Source: an uncultured Chloroflexia bacterium (GTDB lineage Bacteria; Chloroflexota; Ktedonobacteria; Ktedonobacterales; Ktedonobacteraceae). Taken from it: a stretch of DNA of 64,000 nucleotides. Below are positions 57,588-64,000 of this stretch, in pieces (within the stretch, counting starts at the first letter, position 1; each line of letters begins with the position of its first letter). The position numbers were made by a program, and so were the translations under genes. The stretch covers positions 941,807 to 1,005,806 of the forward strand of contig CAWBTV010000007.1 in NCBI GenBank assembly GCA_963791835.1. Reading direction: 5' to 3'. A model generated the notes under the pieces. The model ran no database searches, was not told the origin of the DNA, and saw only the letters and a list, made by a program, of their open reading frames with translations.

Positions 57588-58259
57588 ATGGATGAGAAAG
57601 AAACTGGACGGGTGGAGGCGTTTAGCGATGGCGTTTTTGCCGTCGCTATTACGCTGCTTGTCTTGAATATTCAACCACCACCCATTACTAATGCTGACGC
57701 ATTTAGAGATGGTGTGCTACGTGATTACGTTTTAGCACAATGGCCTGTGCTTCTGGCTTTTGTCGCCAGCTTTGCCACGATAGGCATCATGTGGACAAAC
57801 CATCATAAGGTGTTTAGCCGTGTCAAATACGTAGACAATAACCTGCTCTTGCTCAACTTGTTGCTCTTACTTGTCATCGTCTTTATTCCCTATCCTACGG
57901 CCCTATTGGCGGAGCAGTACAGAAATTATCCTTCGGGACATGACGCGGCAATACTTTACACTGGTACAAACGTAGTGCTGTCAATCTGTTTTAATTTACT
58001 CTGGTTTTACGCCGCGCATCACCGTCGGCTCTTGCGAGAGGACGCGGACCCAGAGGATACGAAGGCAATCAGCCGACAATATATCTTTGGCCCCATTGTG
58101 AACACTCTCATCTTCATTCTGGCGTGGATCAGTGTGCCTATAAGCATCCTGCTCAACTTGCTCCTCGCATTATTCTTTGCTCTCGCGGGTCGCTCTCCAC
58201 AGCTAAGCAAAGCCAGGGAACCATTGGGGGAGTCTATAAAGGCTGAGGATGCAGTTTGA
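57588..58259 (+). CDS. DUF1211 / TMEM175-like potassium-channel family membrane protein
   Basis: Signature RVEAFSDGVFAVAITLLVL near the N-terminus. Six TM helices. Confidence 0.7.
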   Translation: MDEKETGRVEAFSDGVFAVAITLLVLNIQPPPITNADAFRDGVLRDYVLAQWPVLLAFVASFATIGIMWTNHHKVFSRVKYVDNNLLLLNLLLLLVIVFIPYPTALLAEQYRNYPSGHDAAILYTGTNVVLSICFNLLWFYAAHHRRLLREDADPEDTKAISRQYIFGPIVNTLIFILAWISVPISILLNLLLALFFALAGRSPQLSKAREPLGESIKAEDAV

Positions 58260-58435
58260 GGTTGAACGAATTGTGAGATACCTTGCCCCTTATGAGTGAT
58301 TTGATTCTCATCTTTGTGTTGTATAGTATCAAGTGCATCTGACATTTCATAACCTACGTGACACGAGTGTATGAAAGAAACTACTTGATAGGGTTGGGTG
58401 TGGAAATTTGGAATAGTTATTGAGGAGTATAAAGT

Positions 58436-59473
58436 ATGACTCTTTTCAAGCGTTTACTCCTTTTCGCGGTGCTTCTTGTGCCGTTGGCACTCGCGGTTAT
58501 CGGTTTGCAAGCACATGTTGCATATGCTAAACAGGCAACGCCAACGGGGTCGTGTGGCGATACGGTGGCTGATGATGCACAGTTGTTTGGCAACCGAGTT
58601 GGCGATGTGCTGAATCAGGCACAAGCCATGAATAAGGCGTTACAGGCGGATACAAGGGTCGTAACGGTGAGTCAGACGACACTGGGTGGTAAGAGTTTGA
58701 GCGATTACTATTATTATGTGCAGTCGAAATGCCCGAATTGGGCGGGACAAAATTTCATTGTTTTTGTGGTTGCCAAGGGGTTTGACCCATTTCTACATCT
58801 TGGTAGTTCGTTCAATGGCAAGCTGACAAGTGCCGATTATCAGCAAATGACGCTCGGTGTTCGTTCGCAACTGACGGGCGGCAACTACGCTCAGGGTACG
58901 ATTGACGTGATGCAGCAGGTGCAGAGTAAACTTAGCCCGAACTATACATGGATATGGGTTACACTCGCGGTTCTCGTTGTACTGATTGTGGCAGGAGTTT
59001 TGGGCTTTACGTTTGTGCGACGACGACAGAATGTCGCGGTAGAAGCAAATGTGCGCGAACAAGCGATGGCGACAAAGCAAGCGGCAGTCGATCTCGTGAC
59101 TGCTTTGGGCAAGCAGAGCAAAGAGTTAGCACCACGCGTTGAGGTCTTGCTGGCACTTGTCCCTACAGCGACGGCAAATTCGTTGCGTTCGTTGTTTCAA
59201 ACGGCACAGGGGCAACAGAGTAGGACAGAGGAACACCTGGGCAATTTATTGAGCAGTCTGAATGCACCGCCTAATGGGAGTGGACCACAGGTTGACTATT
59301 ACAGACGGATGCAGTTGAACTATCAGCAGGTCTACAATGAAGCACGTGGACCGCAGAACTTGCTACAGGGTGTCGAAACAGCCGTGACAACGCTTGAACA
59401 AAATCCACAGGCACAGATTAATTTCCGACAGTTAACGATGCTCAATGCACCGCAAGAGGGTATCAGACAGTAG
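58436..59473 (+). CDS. TPM-domain (TLP18.3/Psb32/MOLO-1 family) protein with signal peptide, TM helix and cytoplasmic C-terminal region
   Basis: TPM-like core (VADDAQLF...TRVVTVSQTTLGGKSLSDYYYYV...FIVFVVAKG). Confidence 0.6.
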   Translation: MTLFKRLLLFAVLLVPLALAVIGLQAHVAYAKQATPTGSCGDTVADDAQLFGNRVGDVLNQAQAMNKALQADTRVVTVSQTTLGGKSLSDYYYYVQSKCPNWAGQNFIVFVVAKGFDPFLHLGSSFNGKLTSADYQQMTLGVRSQLTGGNYAQGTIDVMQQVQSKLSPNYTWIWVTLAVLVVLIVAGVLGFTFVRRRQNVAVEANVREQAMATKQAAVDLVTALGKQSKELAPRVEVLLALVPTATANSLRSLFQTAQGQQSRTEEHLGNLLSSLNAPPNGSGPQVDYYRRMQLNYQQVYNEARGPQNLLQGVETAVTTLEQNPQAQINFRQLTMLNAPQEGIRQ

Positions 59474-59507
59474 GGTGTAATGTATATAGGAAAAGGAAAG
59501 GTCTATC

Positions 59508-60234
59508 ATGGAAAACTTAGGACAGAAGGCACGCGTGTTGTCTCTGGCATGGCTCCATCAAGTTGCTGATGCTGCGATCGATGCCCATTCAATTCCGGTT
59601 GTGCAACAATATATTCGTGACCTGGAAAAGGCCATGTCCGATTTACGCGAGGCCCAGGCGACGAATACTGGGAGCCATTGCTGGTCTGAACCGACGCATC
59701 AGTCAGTTGCATCAGCAGCAAGCAACGTTGAATACACAGGCAGACGCGTTGCTACAGTTGAGTCCTCCACGGGAAGATTTAGCGGCTACAGTTGAGCAAC
59801 GACTACAGGTGGTAGAGGGAGACCTGACACCGCTCAACAATGAGCTAGAGAAAGTTCGTGCTATTCAGGGACAGTACGAGCAAGCGATGGATTCGCTTGA
59901 GGCGAAACATTCCACCATGATACGCCAACTGCAATCGCTACAATCTATTGATGCCTCGGCAAACGCGGAAACGCGTGCCGCGCAAGCACTGCATTCGGTC
60001 AATAACGCATTGGGCAGTACAAACTCTATCGACAACATTTCTGGCCGTATTCAAAATCGTGCGGATGTCGCACATGCACGCCTTCAACAAGAACTGAACG
60101 CAGCGACTCCGCCAGAAGATCCCGTTGCCGATGTGTTAGCGCAATCCGAAATGCAACAACGTATCGCCGCCCGTAAAGCACGACTCGGTATTGGCGGTGG
60201 TGGGACGAAGGTGACGGAGGAGCCGCAACAATAA
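59508..60234 (+). pseudogene. PspA/IM30-family gene with apparent +1 frameshift near 59650-59700 (either a genuine pseudogene or a sequencing error)
   Basis: N-terminal part in frame 0 (ORF 59508..59795) and coiled-coil remainder in frame +1 (ORF 59563..60234). Together they give a PspA-like coiled-coil protein. Confidence 0.45.
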
Positions 60235-60253
60235 CAGGGAACACATGCACATC

Positions 60254-60383
60254 GGTAGGGGCAGCAATTCATTGCGCCCAATGATGGGTTGGGAGGGGTT
60301 CGTGTCGGGTGAAGGAATTGTCGCTGATAGATTGCCCTTCCGCCGCCCCCATCTTTGGGCACAATGAATTGTTGCCCCTACCG
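60254..60383. mobile_element. MITE-like element, family B
   Basis: ggtaggggcagcaattcattgcgcccaatgatggg...cccatctttgggcacaatgaattgttgcccctacc. Confidence 0.75.
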
Positions 60384-60410
60384 CCCTTTGCATTTCTGAA
60401 AGAGAACACA

Positions 60411-60905
60411 ATGCATTTCACCTTTACATCGATGAATGAGGAGGATGCAAGGGCCATTCAATCATGGCATTATGAAGAACCATACACTACATATAACATG
60501 GATGAAGGGCCAGATGCGTTGACGGAAATGTTGGACAAGCGTAGCCCGTATTATGCGGTTCGTGATGAGCAGAACGTGCTGGTTGGTTTCTATAACTATG
60601 GTACTTCAGCACACGTTGATGGCGAGATGGAGCCGGGGTTGTTTGTCGAGGATCGCATGGTAACTATAGGACTTGGCTTACGACCAGATATGACAGGGCG
60701 AGGTTTGGGACTGGCATTTGTTCATGCTGGGCTGGATATTGCGCGTAAAGCATTCGCGCCGAAGCGTTTTCGTTTGTATGTGTTTGCGTGGAATGAACGC
60801 GCGATACGGGTCTATGAACGTGCTGGTTTTCAACGCATCGGACCGCGTATTGTGCATCATGCAGAGGGAGACCGCGTATTTATCGAGATGCAACGCGAAG
60901 CATAG
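60411..60905 (+). CDS. GNAT-family N-acetyltransferase
   Basis: GNAT motif A region (RGLGLAFVHAGLDIARKAF). ORF trimmed to the first ATG outside MITE B3. Confidence 0.7.
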   Translation: MHFTFTSMNEEDARAIQSWHYEEPYTTYNMDEGPDALTEMLDKRSPYYAVRDEQNVLVGFYNYGTSAHVDGEMEPGLFVEDRMVTIGLGLRPDMTGRGLGLAFVHAGLDIARKAFAPKRFRLYVFAWNERAIRVYERAGFQRIGPRIVHHAEGDRVFIEMQREA

Positions 60906-61099
60906 TATAGCAACCTGTCCTTTCGTTCAGTGTTTTACGCTTCGGCTTGACATCTACCCTTGCTATGGCATACAACTACGGTGTGGGAAGGAACATACGC
61001 ATACACTTTGCCGAACGACGACGTTTTGTGCGTAGTGATTTACCCAAAGAATAAGAGGGGAACAACCCTCATAGTATAGTCGATTGAAGGAGACGTATC

Positions 61100-61717
61100 A
61101 TGGCCTTTGAATTACCACCACTGCCGTATGACTACAACGCATTGGAGCCATACATTGATACTCAAACCATGCAATTGCACCATGACAAACACCATCAAAC
61201 ATACGTGACGAACCTGAACAATGCATTGAAGGATTCCGAGTTCGCTTCATTGCAACCAGAGCAAGTACTGAGCCGCTTGAATGAAGTTCCCGACGCTGTA
61301 CGCGCGGCTGTCCGCAACAACGGCGGTGGTCATGTCAACCACACAATGTTCTGGCAAATCATGAAGCCAAATGGTGGCGGAGAACCAACGGGCGAGATCG
61401 CGAACGCCATTCAGTCTTCTTTTGGCTCGTTTGATGCCTTCAAGACCGCATTCAATGATGCTGGCGTCAAGCAATTTGGTTCTGGCTGGGCATGGGTTAC
61501 ACTTGGTCAGGATGGCAAGCTCCAGATTAGCTCGACTCCAAACCAGGACAGCCCTCTGCTGAATGGCGTCTATCCTATTCTCGGCAATGACGTATGGGAA
61601 CATGCCTATTATCTCAAGTACCAGAACCGTCGTCCAGAGTACCTCAGCAACTGGTGGAACGTCGTTAACTGGGACGAGATCAATAAACGCTACGCGCAGG
61701 CAAAAGGCGCGAAATAA
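61100..61717 (+). CDS. sodA: Fe/Mn superoxide dismutase
   Basis: [25 protein letters not shown]...DVWEHAYYL. Confidence 0.9.
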   Translation: MAFELPPLPYDYNALEPYIDTQTMQLHHDKHHQTYVTNLNNALKDSEFASLQPEQVLSRLNEVPDAVRAAVRNNGGGHVNHTMFWQIMKPNGGGEPTGEIANAIQSSFGSFDAFKTAFNDAGVKQFGSGWAWVTLGQDGKLQISSTPNQDSPLLNGVYPILGNDVWEHAYYLKYQNRRPEYLSNWWNVVNWDEINKRYAQAKGAK

Positions 61718-61739
61718 GCGTTTTTATCAACAAAATGTC

Positions 61740-61807
61740 GTAGGGACCACGTTTACGGCGTCCATAGGCAATTAATTGCCTATGGACGCCGTAAACGTGG
61801 TCCCTAT
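61740..61807. mobile_element. MITE-like element, family A variant (GTAGGGACCACGTTTACGGCGTCC termini)
   Basis: Perfect 68-bp palindrome-like element with the same GTAGGGACC...GGTCCCTA ends. Confidence 0.65.
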
Positions 61808-61813
61808 GACATT

Positions 61814-62047
61814 CTATGCTGCGACGTTTATAACAATAGCTTGCGTGTGTTCATGTTCCTCTGGTACTGGCTCACCATCAGCTATAAGAGACTCTATATA
61901 AAGTTGGATAGCCTCTTTTGCCATTACGGTAGTTTCATCGATAGTATCACCCTCTGTAATACATCCAGGCAATGCGGGCACTGTTACTGTATAGCCACCT
62001 TGTTCTTCATCAGGATGAAGTAGTATAGTATAACGGTATTCACTCAT
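61814..62047 (-). CDS. HicB-like (UPF0150) antitoxin-family small protein, no hicA partner seen
   Basis: YTVTVPALPGCITEGDTIDETTVMAKEAIQLYIE. Its start overlaps the stop of the upstream glucosidase gene. Confidence 0.6.
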   Translation of the reverse strand: MSEYRYTILLHPDEEQGGYTVTVPALPGCITEGDTIDETTVMAKEAIQLYIESLIADGEPVPEEHEHTQAIVINVAA

Positions 62048-63654
62048 GTTTTCTCTTCTCCCAACTCAACCAGCAAGCCCTCATTCTCTCGAAGATGTAT
62101 TTCTGATAATGGGATGGGTCCCACGCGGTCTACATATGTAGAGAGCAAGATACGACCTTGACCCTGTTCTGGCAATATCACAGGTTGGTCGTGTGCTGAG
62201 AAGTTGAGGGTTATCAAGCAACGCTGCCCTTCGTATTGGCGCCGGTAAACGAAACAGGAGGTGTTCTCCTGCTCCACGGTTTGATACGAACCAAGCGTAA
62301 GAGCTGGATGAGAACGCCGAATGTCAAGTAAGGCGCGTGTTAACATCAGGAAGGAGCGCGACTCATGTTGCTCAGCCGACACATTGAAGGTCTGGTAGTC
62401 ATGTGCAATGGGCAACCACGGCTGTACCCCATCAGGACAGAAGCCTGCATTAGCACTGGTATCCCATTGCATAGGTGTACGAACGGGATCACGACCAAAC
62501 TCAGGATAGACCTTTCCGCGTGGATCCTGGATCGCCTCTTGCGGCAACTGAACGTCCTGCATACCCAACTCGTCACCATAATAGCAAGTAGGAGTTCCAC
62601 GCAATGTGAGCAACAACATCTGAGTCAGCCTCGCTTGCTTACGTCCCACGCGTGTAGCAATACGTTTTTGATCATGATTACCCAGGACCCAATTAGGCCA
62701 AGCTCCCTGAGGTAGAACTGCTTCATACCTCTCAACGGCCTGACGAACGGTGCTTGCTTCCCAGATTGGCATGTTCACGAAATGGAAATTGAAGGGGAGA
62801 TGGATTTCATCAAGCTGTTTTCCGTAGTATGACATCAAACGCTCAGTTGGTAGGGAGAGTTCGCCAATAAGGACACGTTGACCATAGCTTTCGGTCAAGG
62901 TACGCATTTCCTGCATAATCTCGTGCATTCCTGGTTGATCTACAGCGTAGATTTCGAGCAGACGAGCGTAGAAGGGATCGGTGGGCTGCCACAGAGGATT
63001 TAGCGGATTATCAAGGAAACGCTCGTCTTTGAGAAGCACTTCGAGCGCGTCCACGCGGAAGCCGTCAACGCCTCGGTCGAGCCAGAAGCGCATACCATTC
63101 AACATCGTCTGACGTACATGAGGGTTACGCCAATTCAGATCAGGTTGTTTTCCATCGTACAAGTGTAAGTAGTATTGCTCGGTCCGTGGGTCAAATTGCC
63201 ATGCGGAGCCACCAAATCTGCTTATCCAGTTATTGGGGGGACCGCCATCAGGAGCAGGGGCGCGCCAGATATACCAGTCACGCTTTTCGCTCATGCGACT
63301 GGAACGCGACTCTTGGAACCACGGGTGTTCATCAGAGGTGTGATTAGGGACAAAATCCAGGATGAGCTTGAGGTTACGCCGATGAGCCTGTTGTAATAGA
63401 GTATCCAGGTCCTCAAGAGTTCCGAAGAGTGGATGAACGTTAGTGTAGTTTGTAATATCGTAGCCAAAGTCAGCCATTGGGGACGGATAGATTGGCGAGA
63501 GCCAGATCGCATCAACACCGAGCCAGCACAAGTAATCCAGCTTATGAGTAATGCCAGGAATATCTCCTACTCCATCGCCATTACTATCGAAAAAACTGCG
63601 TGGATAGACCTGATAAACCACTCCCGTTTGCCACCAGAAATGGGGCTGCATCAT
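62044..63654 (-). CDS. GH13 alpha-glucosidase / oligo-1,6-glucosidase
   Basis: QPHFWWQTGVVYQVYPRSFFDSNGDGVGD...GVDAIWLSPIY...GFRVDA...GELS...LGNHD. Start set at MMQPHF (63654) downstream of palindrome 63688-63753. Confidence 0.85.
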   Translation of the reverse strand: MMQPHFWWQTGVVYQVYPRSFFDSNGDGVGDIPGITHKLDYLCWLGVDAIWLSPIYPSPMADFGYDITNYTNVHPLFGTLEDLDTLLQQAHRRNLKLILDFVPNHTSDEHPWFQESRSSRMSEKRDWYIWRAPAPDGGPPNNWISRFGGSAWQFDPRTEQYYLHLYDGKQPDLNWRNPHVRQTMLNGMRFWLDRGVDGFRVDALEVLLKDERFLDNPLNPLWQPTDPFYARLLEIYAVDQPGMHEIMQEMRTLTESYGQRVLIGELSLPTERLMSYYGKQLDEIHLPFNFHFVNMPIWEASTVRQAVERYEAVLPQGAWPNWVLGNHDQKRIATRVGRKQARLTQMLLLTLRGTPTCYYGDELGMQDVQLPQEAIQDPRGKVYPEFGRDPVRTPMQWDTSANAGFCPDGVQPWLPIAHDYQTFNVSAEQHESRSFLMLTRALLDIRRSHPALTLGSYQTVEQENTSCFVYRRQYEGQRCLITLNFSAHDQPVILPEQGQGRILLSTYVDRVGPIPLSEIHLRENEGLLVELGEEKT

Positions 63655-63687
63655 AGGCTGTTTCTCTCTTCCTCGCACAGGATGTTC

Positions 63688-63753
63688 AGCCAATGAGTGT
63701 AAGTAGGCACCCATTTGAGAACTCAAATGGGTGCCTACTTACACTCATTGGCT
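63688..63753. terminator. 66-bp perfect palindrome (32-bp arms) between the permease stop and the glucosidase start
   Basis: agccaatgagtgtaagtaggcacccatttgag-aa-ctcaaatgggtgcctacttacactcattggct. Confidence 0.75.
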
Positions 63754-63767
63754 AAAACATGCTGGCT

Positions 63768-64000
63768 TTAGCCTTTTACGGCACCAGCCGTCAACCCGGA
63801 CACGATTCGTCGTTGCAAGAACAACACCATAATCACCAGTGGAATGGTGACGATAATCGCAGCGGCACTGACCTCGCCAAAAGCAATCTGATGCTCTCCG
63901 TTAAAGAGAGGAATAGCCACGGTTACTGTCTGTGCATTCGAGTCAGTAGTCAGAGTTAAACCGAACAGGAAGTCGTTCCAGACGGTGATGAAGGACAGGA
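63768..64000 (-). CDS. Carbohydrate ABC-transporter permease (MalG-like), C-terminal fragment running off the window end
   Basis: Reverse-strand translation ...IPLVIMVLFLQRRIVSGLTAGAVKG* is a typical sugar-permease C-terminus. The + strand ORF 63759..63959 in the track is its antisense artefact. Confidence 0.6.
   Translation of the reverse strand, partial: LSFITVWNDFLFGLTLTTDSNAQTVTVAIPLFNGEHQIAFGEVSAAAIIVTIPLVIMVLFLQRRIVSGLTAGAVKG

Noticed and set aside
63759-63959. Plus-strand ORF 63759..63959 at the window end
   Set aside because: The opposite strand encodes a convincing sugar ABC-permease C-terminus (...FLQRRIVSGLTAGAVKG*). The plus-strand ORF is its antisense shadow.
1-64000. CRISPR array, tRNA or rRNA genes, transposase or integrase genes
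   Set aside because: No evenly spaced short direct repeats with unique spacers, no cloverleaf-compatible tRNA-like sequences or rRNA-like stretches, and no transposase-like ORFs were seen. All repeats found are palindromic MITE-like elements or unique long palindromes.

Overview
This window is a 64-kb chromosomal segment with about 50% GC and dense coding on both strands. The gene content suggests a Chloroflexota / Ktedonobacteria-like organism, with low confidence. Supporting observations are abundant Ser/Thr-kinase-WD40 fusions, ribosomal proteins with low-complexity tails and PspA/IM30-like and TPM-domain genes.

Gene content is mostly housekeeping and accessory metabolism. It includes rpsT, rplS-rnhB, rplU-rpmA, purH, tgt, a lipoate ligase, a type I-beta DAHP synthase, a MetB/MetC-family PLP enzyme, sodA, a heterodimeric ABC exporter pair and a pseudouridine-5'-phosphate glycosidase. 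Regulators and modules present are MerR, AraC, TetR and MarR regulators, an ANTAR response regulator, two Hanks kinases (one fused to WD40 repeats), an FHA-domain protein, a Tat-secreted vanadium-haloperoxidase/PAP2-like protein, a Vgb-like beta-propeller protein, a P450, and a putative carotenoid glycoside-ester tailoring cluster (CrtD-, CruD-, CruC- and CruF-like genes).

The two most unusual things I see are both non-coding and ORF-track-independent. First, at least five families of miniature inverted-repeat elements (MITE-like) occur in more than 20 copies. One splits the CrtD-like desaturase, and precise excision of that 124-bp element restores a 521-aa ORF. One is translated in frame inside the CruF-like membrane protein. 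One sits in the 5' end of the glycosyltransferase ORF. The family-A terminal repeat GTAGGG repeatedly supplies the TAG stop codon of host genes. Families A and B form chimeras. Second, a set of unusually long, perfectly symmetric palindromes (20-36-bp arms, unique sequences) lies exactly at gene 3' ends, often running stop codon to stop codon between convergent genes. One 75-bp palindrome extends into both converging ORFs, so the MerR-like regulator and the CrtD-like desaturase end in the same tetrapeptide MQNI.

Also visible are a textbook MerR-type promoter (19-bp spacer with a perfect palindrome), two copies of a TetR-type operator bracketing tetR and the downstream P450, an attenuator-like leader ahead of the LysE-family exporter, a structured leader ahead of the DAHP synthase, and a frameshifted pspA-like gene next to a TPM-domain protein. 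No tRNA or rRNA genes, CRISPR arrays or transposase genes were detected.
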